A stretch of 64,000 nucleotides of DNA from Tubiluchus corallicola (Eukaryota > Animalia > Priapulida). Shown piece by piece: positions 37,061 through 50,589 of this stretch. Numbering within the stretch: position 1 is the first letter of the stretch; every line of letters begins with the position of its first letter. Under the pieces are notes generated by a model. The model did no database searches. It was not told the origin of the DNA and was given only the letters and a program-made list of their open reading frames with translations. Location: positions 42,588-106,587 of the forward strand of contig JAQGDQ010000729.1 in NCBI GenBank assembly GCA_030141605.1, written 5' to 3'. The translations under genes were made by a program, and so were the position numbers.

Positions 37061-37235
37061 ATGTCCGCTCATTCACTCATGTGGTCGCTTATCAACACAT
37101 TCTTTTAACTAACATGTATTTAACGAAATTTCATTCTGTCTTGTAATTTCCTAGACACGGTTTTGAGTGAGCGCCGTGTTTACTTTAATTTAGTGTTCTT
37201 TCGGATTTTTATAAATGCTACGCATGCGCAGAGAG

Positions 37236-37301
<66 letters not shown>

Positions 37302-38107
37302 GGGGAGAGCAAACGAAACAAAGAGAGGAATAAAAAATGTGAAAATCTGAAAATATATTGAAAAATTTGAAGACGTATTCTCGGTTTTTAAAACTCTGCA
37401 GCGTTTCCTGAAACCTAAGTCTCTTTGAAAGAATCTTTGGATCGTTGTTACTTTACTTCACAAATTGAATTTGAACATGGTAAAAGAGCTAACGCATAAG
37501 TTCCTCTCTAATTATTGGATTACCCCCAGAAAAACTGCTTCACAAATTCTATTCAGAGAAATGGAAACGACGTTTTAAATATTTCAGAACGAAAAACATG
37601 ACGATCTTTCAAGTTTTGAAGGTCATGCATTTTTTCTGACCGGATGTATACTTGGTTTAGTTCATTAATTTTCAAATTTTAAATGACAGGACGGCATGTT
37701 TCTAAAACATCTAATACTTCAACTTCACTAGACCTTGTTAGAAGTTAAGACCCAGTGATTTTGTTCATGAATCAGGTGATGATTGTGGCGCCATCTTTAC
37801 TTATGTTGGCGAACATTGCTGATAGGCAAACTGACAGATGGAACGCTTGGCTGCCTGGCAGACAGGTTACTTGATTGACTGAAACAAGTGGCTGACCGAC
37901 TGACCAATCGGCTGACATTACAATCATCATCTTTCTTTATGTTTAATTGTTCTGCAAGATTCGAAGTCAGTGGTCTCCAAAGTGGTCGAAATCGACCCAT
38001 AGGGGTCGATGGGACTATCCAATGGATCAAAAAGGGGTCGATAAATGCCTAGGGGTCAAAAAGTTAAATCGCTTTGAAGTAAGGATGACGTAGAAATATG
38101 ATTAGCA

Positions 38108-38792
38108 ACTGTTTCACTTTCACAGTGTGCACTAAGACGTCACTGTTTCACTATGACAGTTTGCACTAAGACGTCACTGTTTCACTTTCACAGTGTGCAC
38201 TAAGACGTCTCTGTTTCACTATGACAGTGTGCACTAAAACGTCACTGTTTCACTTTCACAGTGTGCACTAAGACGTCACTGTTTCACTGTCTCAGTGTTC
38301 ACTAAGACGTCATTGTTTCACTCTCACAATGTGCACTAGAACGTCTCTATTTCACCATCACAATGTGCACTAAAACGTCACTATTTTACTGCCACAGGGT
38401 GCACTAAAACGTCACTGTTTTATTGTCACAGTGTGCACTAAAACGTCACTGTTTTACTGTCACAGTGTGCACTAAAACGTCACTGTTTCACTCTCACAGT
38501 GTGCACTAAAACGTCACTGTTTTACTGTCACAGTGTGCACTGAAACGTCACTGTTTCACTGTCAGAGGGTGCCCTAAGACATCACTGTTTCACTCTCACA
38601 GTGTGCTCTAAAACGGCACTGTTTCACTGTCACAGTGTGCACTGAAACGTCACTGTTTCACTGTCAGAGGGTGCCCTAAGACATCACTGTTTCACTCTCA
38701 CAGTGTGCTCTAAAACGGCACTGTTTCACTGTCACAATGTGCACTAAAACGTAACTGTTTCACTATCTCTGGGTGCCTTAAGACGTCACTAC
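38108..38792. repeat. 34-bp minisatellite, about 20 copies, expanded inside a family X MITE
   Basis: Unit CACTGTTTCACT(G/C/T)TCACAGTGTGCACTAA(A/G)ACGT; single-copy equivalents at about 34422-34450 and 56031-56062. Confidence 0.95.
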
Positions 38793-40379
38793 TCACTGGC
38801 TCAACAAAAATAAATTATTATTCTTATTGATAAGAAAAAATAATTAATACTTTTGCTTAGTTAGTCAAACGTGCCACGAACGTTCTGATTATTTTTACAA
38901 TCTTTATGCAATGTTATCTAAACTTGTTTCAAACACTTACTGTTAAAATGGCTTCGCCTAACGGTCATCCATGGTGTTTAGATTTGCGAATTTTATACAG
39001 CGTTATTGCTAATACAAGCTCTATGTGCAGTAAGATGACGATGATTATGATGATAAATCTTTATTTGCCCAATAGATACACATATATACATGTAAGGCCT
39101 CTATTTGCAGGTCGATAATTTTGCCCTGTATTATGATATAAGAGTATGGATACAACACGGTCAATTATAATTATGTCCTTAATACATGTACCATAAACTT
39201 CCTTATAAAACAGTTTAGCAATTATTCATAATAATTAAGGTTCATAATAACAGAATTCATTCACTGCGATTACTTGGATTACACTTTTAGGTTAGTTTAA
39301 AAAAAGACAGACTCTACATGCACGCTTAACTTATAAATGTATAAGAACAAGAACTTTTGCTAAAATTTGCGATAAAACCAGCAGAAATTTTGCCTGAGTT
39401 ATACATATACGTACATATATAAATATGTATACATGTATATACGTGAGCTAAGACTTATATTGTATTATGCATTTAACCCTTTTACGTCCCTTTACAAACT
39501 GATATGATAAAACCGTCTCTTGCAAAATTAAGGAGAGCCTAAATTAATGTTTCTTCTTTTTTCAAAAATACAGTGAGCTTCAGCTTCATGGAAAAATATC
39601 GCTTTATTGTTTCAAAAATGTTGTGAAAATAGCTTAGAAAATACCCAATTATAATGTTAAAAACAAAATGATCCACCTGATTCGCAAACCATTTAATAAG
39701 AAACATGTTACAATGCTAAATGGCAAAGGCTTTTCAAGACATTACGACGTCCTAAGCTGATAGCTCTGACCCTCCAGCTCTATTGTGAATTCATGGTCGT
39801 TTATGTAATTTGCAGATTAAACAATTGCTTGTGGTGTATTAGAAACACTATTAAACTAGTTTCTACGAGGTCATTATTAACGTCATGTATTTGCATAGCG
39901 CTTATATTCAACCAGGCTGTTTGCAGTGTAGTACCTTGCACTTGTTCGTTATGTGGTACTTATATGAAATCTCTGTTCAGTAACTGCCTGTGGTGTGTTA
40001 TAAAATGCGCCCTTTACATGGATATGAAAGAATACAAATTTTCCGAGGAGAGTGAGAATATTTTCTAAAATGTGACACCGCTCAAACTTTGGCGCTCTAG
40101 GCTATAGCCTATTGGTTAATACGCCCCTGGTAAATAATGTTTAGATTGCAGTAGAACATTCGCTTTCCACAGAACTTCTTCTGCCTACCAGTTGCAGTCG
40201 TGCTGCTGCTTGGATTATTGGAATTAATCTGCCCTAGGTCACCAGTGTAATCAATCATTGCTTTGGAATGAAGAGATGCATATTCGCTGTCCAGTTGAAA
40301 GCTGTCTGAGAATATTGCCACTGGGTCTGCTCTTCAAATGTGCTCTAACAATATTTGGTAAAGCACGATGCTATCATAT

Positions 40380-41313
40380 AATACATAATACATAATGCAC
40401 AATACATAATACATAAAATGCAATACATAATACATAAAACATAATACATAATACTTAATACATAATCCATAATAGATAATATGATAGCATTGTGATTTGA
40501 CATATGGTTTGTTTGGCTTAACTTAATTTAGTCTACTGGCGCACGCAAAAACTATAATTGTAGACATATTAGGTCATAGCAGTAAAGCGCGTGTTAAGAT
40601 CAAGGCAAGCGTTAGAAGAGCAGAACTATTTTCTTTTCAGCATCTAATCTGCTTAGTTTGTAATTAAATACATTATAGCCTATGCTAAGAATTTAATATA
40701 GGCTTATTTAATAGCTCCTGGATGTTTGATAGAAAAATATTGAATAAATAGATAGTTTAATGTGAATTATTTTATTGCTACTTAAACACTGTTTTTAATT
40801 AATAGGCCAATGATTTTGAAGAGTTATACTGTGTCTGGCAACACCGTTGGTGGAGAATATGTGATTTAAAGTGTTTTAAAATGAAAGGTAATTTAACCGT
40901 GCTATGCTATGCCATGTCCTGCAACGCCATATCATATTGTACGGCGCTGCACCATACCGTACCACAACGCACAAGGGCACACCACACCACACAACACCAC
41001 ATCATATCACACCACACCAAACTACATCACATCACACCACACCACACCACACCATACCACACTAAACCACACCACACCACACCTCACCACTCCACTACAA
41101 ACCAAACCACACTAAACTGCACTACACCGCACCATATCACACGACACAAAATTACATCACACCACAATATACTAAAGCACATCCCATCACACCACTGTAA
41201 ACCACACCACACTACTCCAAACCAAACCACACCACACTAAAATGAATCACACCATACTGCACCAAACCAAATCATACCACTCCACACTACACCACACCAT
41301 ACTATACTATACT
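40380..41313. repeat. Degenerate short-period tracts (ATACATA-like 40380-40480; CACAC/CACCA-like 40940-41313)
   Basis: Low complexity; a similar AATACA(T/C) tract at 48330-48500. Confidence 0.9.
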
Positions 41314-43474
41314 AAGTTTTTGCCCCCCCCTCAACCCAGGAATCCTGGACATACGTCCCATTTCAATATAGCCTTCTAACGTGGTAATTATTTCAGAATA
41401 ATTTGTACTGAAGCCATTTATTATCTTGTAGTACAGTCAGCGAAATGTCCTTCACGCGTGGCTGATTCGACTGGCTTCAGCACATTTGGCTTTTCAGACA
41501 GGTTCTTCCATCAACAGGAAATATTGTTCCAACATTCAGTTCCCATTAATAATCAATCAGTTAGCACAGATTGTTAAATGATTACCCACAACTGCTGCTG
41601 CTGCTGCTGCTGCACTGGATGCTGCCAACTGAAGATCTCAGGGTACTTCGCTTTGAGAACACTTCTCCTTGCAAACACATTGCTCGCATTCTTTGTCTTT
41701 TTTGGAACAAAGACCTGCCTTTTCCAGAAGTTGGGCCTACTTCAATGTTGCAATGTGTGGATTTAGTAATAAAAGTGCAAAAGCACATCGTGTAATTAGT
41801 AAAATCACTTTAAAGTCTCGATCGTTTCATGTTCGGGCTCTCTCATTTTGAATGCCCATTTTCCACCAATGACGTCATTCATTGACTGAACAAAAGCAAC
41901 GCACTGTGAATGTCTGTTTAAAGTATATTAAGTTTTTACAAAAAATAGATAGTTATTTTTATGATGTTTTGCATGAACGTTAGGCAAGCTGCAAAAGTTT
42001 GAATCATTTCACGGAGTCAGTCAATTACGCCATAATTTTCAGGTGATTCTGGCTGCCACTGACCGTGAAAATATCTATGAAGTTGTTTCAAATAATTAAA
42101 TAACTTTCTGCTTATATACAGAATTTTGCAAATTTGTTGCTGTTATTGTTGTTGTTGTTGTTGTTGTTGTTTACTGCTGCTGTTATTGTTCTTGTTATCT
42201 GGTCTTTTCCGTGCGGTCACTATTATGGCAGCAGCTGTCGAACCCTCGAACTACATTTAGTGCATTTTAAAAATATTGAAATCACGATACAAAATAAGCG
42301 CAGAGAATATTTTGCTTAAAGTGTAAAAGAAATTTAAATATTTCTTATCTCCCGCCAAACGAACGTTGACGCCGCCATATTTAAAAATGACGTAAGCTGG
42401 TGTATGCCGGGCAGCGTGAATGCCGTGAAGGCAAGCTATGCCAAGGTACGCGTTGCAAAATTTCTACAGTTTGCTTAAAAGTTCCGTTATTCTAATGTTG
42501 TGTTTAACTGTGTTTATCTAGAAATTACCTAGATGTAGTAGTCACCCCATCAATTATGATCAAATTTAAAGTGGTTGCAGTGCTTTAATCTACACGATTG
42601 CACCTTTAAATTGTAAGTAATTAACATTAATTCTGCAAATAATTAATTTACATATTTGTGTTGAGTTTTAAATACGCATGTAAACTCGTCAACATGTAGT
42701 AGGTGCCTTAGTTGATTACTTAGTTTATAGAGTTCCCTCTATAACTTCAAAAAGATTCTTAAGCACCTGGATAAGTGTTTATATTTCACGGAAACCGGAT
42801 GACGCCATTTTTCGTCTATAATGAGCGCGCCCAAGCATAAAGTGATAAGGACTTTAAATTGATTTTACTAATTACACGAGATGCTTATCACAATTTTATT
42901 GCTGAAACTTTCTAACATTTTCGCCAAATATTAAAATAAGCTCAACTTCCCGAGAGACTTGGCTTTGTGAGAGTGACTTCGTGAAATCTTGTTTACTGGC
43001 TCTGCCATGTATTTGCAACGCTGCAACCAGACTAAGACTTCACTGACAAATACGTGTAATTGCTGTGATCTGAACAGACGGTACTCTACGTATTTTACCG
43101 TCATCACAAGTCGGCAACACTTTCGGCAAAAGACAATAAAACTCTTGACTGCTACTTTAATGGTGTCAAGACTCATGTTTTCTGAGAAAAACTGAGGACG
43201 GTAAAATTGCGCAGCTTTGATCTGAAACGGATTTCGTAACTTATGGAAAAGTTGTCGTCAGTTTAGTGAAATTATTCTATTACATTTGGCTTCTTAATAA
43301 GATCTCATATGCCAAGATCACTCCTTTGAAAGTTTTATTCTAAAACAGTAGTGTTGCTATACGTTTCAGCGAAATATAAATTGTTTTCAGCTAAATGAAA
43401 TTTACTAGAATGAAATCGAACGTTTCACAAAACTCCAAATCTTCGAGGCTGATGTTAAAGGTTGCCGGGGTTAA

Positions 43475-43837
43475 ATTGGAAAAATACCCGGCAATATTCG
43501 TAAGAGGAGTACTAACGAGAGAAGTGTCACTAACGACTGTGAAATTCGTCAACCCATCCTCACTAACAATCAGTCTCTCTGCTACCACATTGCCTAGCAA
43601 CCCCATTACCTAGCAAATCAACCCAGTGCCTTAGCAACCTCCTAGCAACCGCTCTTTACGTCACTAATAGCTATAAAGTTCGTCAACTCGTCCTCACTAG
43701 CAACCAGTCTCTCTGCTACCACGTTGCCTAGCAACCCCATTACCTAGTAATTGTTACTTAGTATCAAGTTTCTGTGCTGCCTAGCAACCCTGTTACCTAG
43801 TAGCCTGCTATAAGTAGTACCATGCTATATAGTAAGT
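43475..43837 (-). mobile_element. Probable non-autonomous Helitron with internal CTAGCAACC repeats
   Basis: Plus strand ATTGGAAAAATACCCGGCAA resembles a decayed, reversed 3' end (ACTAGAAAAATACCCGGC..); TATATAGTAAG resembles a reversed 5' TCTTACTATATA end; about 125-bp internal duplication. Confidence 0.55.
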
Positions 43838-44136
43838 CCAATATAAATGTACTTTGATGTAAGATCTATACTAAGACTTATTATGCCATTGGTGTATATT
43901 TTTGTATAAGGCCACCTGTTCACCAGTTGTTCACTAGCTGTTCACCAGTTCACCAATTTCGCCTACCGTTTGTATTACATGATGCAGCTCCCTGGTATCA
44001 TGATAGTGTGGTAATAAATACTTGTTAAATCACTGTTTTTAAATTTGATAATTTGGTAGATAATTATACCACACTATACATCATGGAGTCACAGGACTTA
44101 CCGAAGTCACCCGAATTTCCGAACATGACGATGAAA

Positions 44137-44448
44137 CAAATTTATTAAATTCTGGTATCGAGCTTGAAAGTCAGAAAATGGTAAAAAAGTTAAAATACAC
44201 CATAGATTTGAACCAAGATCCTTCTGCTTGCAAGGCAGATGCGTCTAGGATTCTGCTTGCAAAGCAGATGCATTTAAGATTCTGCTTACGAGGCAGGTGA
44301 GTCTAAGATTCTGCTTACAAGGCAGATGCATCTAAGATTTTGCTTACAAGGCAGATGAGTCTAAGGTCCCTGGCAGAAATCCAGGCTATATTCCAACTTT
44401 TTCGCATATCCTGTCTTTCAAGTTTGGTATCAGAATTTAATTAATTTT
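44137..44448. mobile_element. Fold-back element enclosing 5 x about 30-bp tRNA-arm-like repeats
   Basis: Inverted arms AATTTATTAAATTCTGGTATCGAGCTTGAAAG..AAAAAGTT / AACTTTTT..CTTTCAAGTTTGGTATCAGAATTTAATTAATT; centre TTCTGCTT(G/A)CAAGGCAGATG repeated, next to reverse box B GATTTGAACC. Confidence 0.75.
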
Positions 44449-45752
44449 CGGGCTTTACCATCATTAATGCTTCTTTAAGCTTATAAAGAACAAAAGAAAC
44501 ACTGTTAATTCGGTGGCCTATGGGCATCTGTATCAGCAAAACGCGTAGACAAAGTCCTGCCTAGCTCAGCCTTAGCATACCCTCTACTTTAGAGTGCCAA
44601 TGTATAACGATGATGATGACGACAACGAGTCAACGACTCATCGGCAGTGGAACCACCAATATCGTAAAGTAACTGACCCACAAAGCTTTGACACAGCAGC
44701 ATTTTAACGTACGAAAAAAATCAAGGCGAACAAATTAATTGAACCGAGTGCGTCCTCGCCAGCTAGTTTGTTGTTTTAAGAGATATTTTATGACACTTTT
44801 ACGACACCGTAGCATTTATAACCGCCACTCAATTAGCCAGGTGCATGACGTCACGGCATTTCAAAGCTGATCGTGGGTAAACATTATGACGGTTATTTCA
44901 ACGTCTGGATTATTGTGGCTGTGGTCTCAGTGTTATGAAATGGATTATAATATCCGCCTGCAAGCCAATAAATCTATTGCCTGAGATTACGGCATACTTT
45001 TGCGGTTTACCGTTAAAGAAAACACGTCACTACACTAAGATGAAAAGCAATTTATCCCATCAGACTTAAAGCACAAGAAAACCCTCAACTTACATAAAGC
45101 TTAAAAAGTTCGTCTTGAAATTTTATATCACCCACGTACTGCTTTTTACATACAGAACTTCAATCGGCAGTCACGCTGTATAAAACATGTAAATTCAAAG
45201 TCCCGCGATTACGTCTTTAGTTAGTGAGGTGAGTCAGCGACATTTTGCCAATTGGTGAAAGCATTTTAAATAATTAATAATTTTCTTTTCTAGTTACGTA
45301 AGTCTTTCAAGCAGGTAAGCGAGTGGTGCGGACAACAAGATAATTATCATAGGAGATGCGGATACTTAACCAATGGAGAGACAGATTCGCGACTAGCTCT
45401 TGGACAATATGTGTTTTTCAAATGTCAGATTGAACCGCAATACCATGATCGTAACGCCAAATGTTAGATTGAACCACAGGTTCTTGGCAACTTGCCAAAT
45501 ACCGGAATGAGCTGGCGTATTAATTTTTCGGAAATGGTTCAATATTATGAAGTCAACGATAACAAATGTTGTATGATTAACTGTGAAAAAGGTTGGCAGC
45601 ATATTTGTTGAGTGATTATAATTACTTGTGAGCAGAAAAGTTTATGAAAGACCTACACGTTTTAGAGCACAGGTGTTTCATTTGCCTAAAGCTTCAAATG
45701 AAGTAAGAGTTTGCGCATGTCTGCTTTCTCAAAATGACGTCACAAGAGGTAA

Positions 45753-46048
45753 AATGATTCAACTTTGGCACTCGGTGGGTTAATAATGCAGGGCTTACAT
45801 CATTTTATATGTAAAGATGATTTAACTTTGGCACTTAATAGTTTGATAATGCAGCCTAGACATCATTTTAGGTACATGATTTCACTTTGGCACTTGATGG
45901 TTTGATAATACAGCCTAGACATCACTTTAGGTACATGAGTTAACTTTGGCACTTGATGGGTTGATAATGCAGCCTAGACATCATTTAAGGTACATGATTT
46001 AACTTTGGCACTTGATGGGTTGATAATGCAGCCTAGACATCATTTTAG
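45753..46048. repeat. 59-bp minisatellite, 5 copies
   Basis: Unit ATGATTTAACTTTGGCACTTGATGGGTTGATAATGCAGCCTAGACATCATTTTAGGTAC. Confidence 0.95.
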
Positions 46049-46659
46049 CCTATAAAGTTTCAAAAGTATAGCTGTTAACCTTTAATGGCTCATAAAACTC
46101 TTTAAGAATCAATAATAAAACAGTGAGTAGCATGCCATAGCTTCAAAAACATGTAACTTGTTCTATTGCAGTTTGGTGGATCCTTTTCCAGTTTTTCATC
46201 AATACTGTTAAATTAGATTGTTGAGGTTGGCAAGTTAAGGGAAGACAGGATGATTTTCATATACTACCTCATTTTAAAATCTGATAAAACTTTGGGCAAA
46301 GGGTTTGTTGTTCATTTCCTTGCAAAAAGCATGTTTGATGGGTTGTTGTAGGCACTGTAAACCATTAGAGTAGCTGTTTTAAAGAAGACAGGCTTTTCCG
46401 TGACTGTCTAGTAATATTTCACTTTTCTAAATTTGGTTTTTGCAAAAATTGACAGTGGCGCCATCTGGGAACAACGTGATTAAAAAGTCAAGAATTTGCA
46501 CATTTTTTTCCAATAAAATTCATCAATTTATAAACTTGGTTATTAATGGACGCAGGTCTAACCATGGAAAGGGTTCTGCCACCTGACAGTTTCAGCAGTT
46601 TCAGGAAGAGCGAGTCCTACTGTCGTGAAACTGTTGCGATTCAAGACTGATGGAGAAGC

Positions 46660-47340
46660 TATTGAATAATCACATGTTGGCCAGGCAGTTTGTGCAATGC
46701 TTATGTAAAACGAAACGGCAGAACTGACAAGTAGGTCCAAAAAGAAGCAGCTCTGGGAAAGCTATAGAATTACGTGATGGAAATTTTGCGCAACAACTAT
46801 GGTGCGGAAGCAAACAAGGGAAGGCAGTGTGAAGCCATATCACGATTTGGCAACGAATGTGCATTAAATGTCCACCACCATCTGTTGAGGTATGTCTGGT
46901 TGCTTTGGTCATAGGCAGACATGCTATCTAAGTGTGTCAATCCACACTACTACTACCTTTTCGTGCTAAAGGAAGAAGAACGAAATTTTTCAGCTTCAAC
47001 ATTCTTTCGAAAAAATTTCAGTGAATGATGTTCCAGTTAATAAGAACCTAACCAATGATCGAGAGGCATCAATCGTGATTGTAAGTAATGCAAACATTTC
47101 TTCTTTTTTCATGCAGCCTTTGACGGACACGATCTGTCCATAACGGTATGGGTCGGCCTGTGCAGGCAGGAAGTGTAATAGACCACATTGCTGCGTTTTT
47201 TATGACATGCTACAAAAATAGATGGTGATGATGACAACTGATGCAGCGGTGGTGAACAAAGTGACATCTATAACCACAGTGAGGGTGTCGAAAATCTTGG
47301 TGAATAAACTCAAGATGACTATTAGTCATTAGAAAGAGTT
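46660..47340 (+). pseudogene. Probable decayed PIF/Harbinger element: Myb/SANT-like fragment plus DDE C-terminal fragment
   Basis: Across frameshifts: LCNAYVKR/AELTSRSKKKQLWES/MEILRNNYG..KGRQCEA (trihelix-like KKxLWExI..GxQC), then PVQAGSVI/CCVFYDML and an acidic tail (cf. Harbinger CCVLHN). TIRs not identified. Confidence 0.5.
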
Positions 47341-50300
47341 TCAACGCCTTTGTTCTCTTTTCTAATCTGCACAAAATCATCAGCCGCGCTTCTTGCCATG
47401 AACGCGCTTGCGCATCTGAGTGCACGTGTATCAGTGACGTCACGCGCAGCTGATCAAATGACGCGGACGTATTGGCTCGGGTAGCAAAGTACTGAAAGTT
47501 CTTTTTCTAAATACCGAGCTCACGTGCCGCTGTTTGCTTAGCAGCAGCTGCAACACTGCGAATGTTGATTTATAATGAGAAATAAATGTGAAACGTTGTT
47601 CATATATTTTATCAACAGCCACCAACTGAAATTATTTATTGACGACCTGTTACGTCTATAGTCTACGCGACAATGCAACTGGTACTGTGGACACAGAACT
47701 TGATTCTTGACGCATTTCTCTGTAACATTATTTTGCTAGTGAAAGTTAAACGAAGACCGGGATGATTTTTCATATACTACCCCATTTTATTATCCGATAA
47801 AACGTATACATTTTAACACAATTAATAGGGCAAAAGCATTTCTAATAATTAAAATATAGATTAAAAACATACTTAACGGCTGGCGACCTCAACTATTGGT
47901 GACATCACAAACTAACTTAATTTTCAACAGGAAAAATATTCCATGAGCTTGTTGCACATGTTTGTGAAAGCGAAAATCGAAGTACAGTGCTACAACATTC
48001 AGCGAAATATTCAAAAACTGGGCAAATTTTAAATTTAAAATTCAAATTTCAAATTTACTGCTGTGCTCACGCATGAGCTTATGAACTGAGAAGTACAGCA
48101 CCTGTTTTTTGTGTAATGCGTTTCCGAGATGCAGGCGCCAGTGCCCATCTAAGTAACGAATGACGAAACGGTAACAGCGAACGCCAAAATTTATGGAAAA
48201 ATACTTTGTAATATTTCATATCATGGCTGAAAATGATATAGACATTGTCCCGTTCGATGCCATTCTACATTTCAAAGAATGATGAGAAACAGTCGGCAAG
48301 ATAAACCATTTAGTTCTTTAGTAATACTGAGTACATACACAATACATGATACATAGTACTTAATACGTAATACACAATACACAATACATAATACAATACA
48401 TAATACACAATACACAATACTTAATACATAATACATAATCTATAATACAAAATACATGATACATAATACATAATACGTAATACATAAATACGTAATACGT
48501 AACTACTCAAACTGTTACAGAAGCGATTTGTTAAATTTTACCGTAGTTGCTTATATAGTGACAATCATATAGCCAATTTCTTTGCACATAATTCTCGATT
48601 TCATGCACTATCAATGGGTTATAACATGTTATCTATTTGTATTGAATACAGAACTTTATACACAAACGAAACACACCACTGTGCTGGGCTGTGAAGCAAA
48701 CAGTACTACCCTCACGTGCTTTGTTTCCGTACAAGTATAAAGAAAGAACTAACGAAAAAAATACTTATTATTTTGAATACTATCGATAATATCGAGTGAA
48801 AATAGGGGGTGCGCAGTTCCACAGTACCCTATACGCGAGCCGCCACTGTTTAAACAGATGATAGAACATCTCTAAATATTATGTAGCAAAGGTAGATGTC
48901 ATTCAAATTAAAAATGTAGAAAAGACTCTGAATCTTATAAAGAGACAGTAATTCAACATACCTACATGCGAAACTAATAAATATAGAACAGGTTATACCG
49001 AAAGATCAGCATTATATATAATGAACAGAAGTTATTCTAGCAAACTTAGTACAAATACTTTTATTTTCATTTCTTAAAGAAACTGATGTGAGTGAAAAAT
49101 GCAAATACAGAAATTAGCTTAACAGTTTTTTTTGCAGAAATCGATCTCAGTCAATTAAATAGAATTTAGAATTTATTATTGGCATATACATTACACTACA
49201 ATGACACACATACAGCAAAACAACAACAAAATACAAAAGTACAAAACAGAACATTTACATTATAGTTAGAGAGCCAAAAAATACACAGCAAATATTATAT
49301 GATTTTAGTATAAATACAGTGAGCGTATCATGAAAAAATAATATTATCAATATCAAGTACTATTTGCTCCTTTTTTAAAAAACACTTTAAAATGTAATGG
49401 GCGCCTATTTTGGTTATATCCCAGTCGTTACCCCCATTGTGAATTTTGGTTTTCGTTCACTGTATATATTAAGATACATATATAGTATATATATATATAT
49501 ATATATATATTCGAACCCATGACCTCCTTAATCAAATATTGTACACTCGGAGCCGTATCAAGACTTTACGACGCCCTACGCTGATAGTTCTGTCCCGCCC
49601 ATCTCTATTGTGAATTTATGGTTATTTATGTATCGAGAAGATGAAACAATTACTTGTGGTGTATTAGAAACACTGTTAACCTAGTTTCTACGTGTTCATC
49701 ATTAATTACGTGTTTGCACAGCGTTTAGATTCAAGCAGGCTGCGCAACTGCTTGTCGTGTAATACCTTGCACCTGTTCGTTATGTGGCACTTCTATAGAA
49801 CCTGCACTTAGTAATTGTCCGTGGTGTGTTACAAAATGCGCCCCTTTAAATGAATATGAAAGTATACACATTTTCAGAGGAGAATAAGAGTTTTTTTTAG
49901 AACGTGACACAAATTTTTTGGCGCTCTAGGCTAGATATGGATTAATACACCCCTGATAAAGATATCGTTATCGTTTAATATTAGTTAGATACAGATGTAG
50001 CACATACGTTCGAAGTCATAACGTCCACAATCAAATATCATAACCATTCAGCAACCCGGCTTCACTAGCTGTGCAACTGAAATTAAATATCACCATTTCA
50101 AGGAGAAAAAATCAGAGTCAAAAGTCAATTAATTATTGAATTTTTTTCTTTGAGCTGATTCGATTTCGCGGCCGCCTTTGATGTTAGCTCACAAGAATGT
50201 TTTTACAGGCTGGCAGAGTTCCAAAACAATTCTCAGAATCTGCGTAAATTGAAAAGCTCTCTTGTAAAACAAAAAAGCGAATCTCCGAATGGTTTGAACC

Positions 50301-50589
50301 CCTTTTTCTTCGCACAAATCCAATGATTCGCAAATGAGTTTGATATATTTAGCAGTGCAAATTGTCACGGTAATTTACATTGCTTGGAAAACTACAATTA
50401 AAGCATTTATAAAAAAACGAAATTAAAATATTTTCACATTTACAAACATAGGACGAAATCACATATTTATGTATAAAACCCATATAACATAAAAATAGTA
50501 TAAACACAGAAGTACTGGTACAGCATCCCTTTAGATATTAGCAATTAAATTCCTGATCTATTCGTAAAGCAATATTTTACATAGTTACA

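Noticed and set aside
46777-46890. GRQCEAISRFGNECALNVH as an SMG8-like exon
   Set aside because: No other SMG8-like sequence; the upstream KKKQLWE context fits a decayed Myb/SANT TE protein better.
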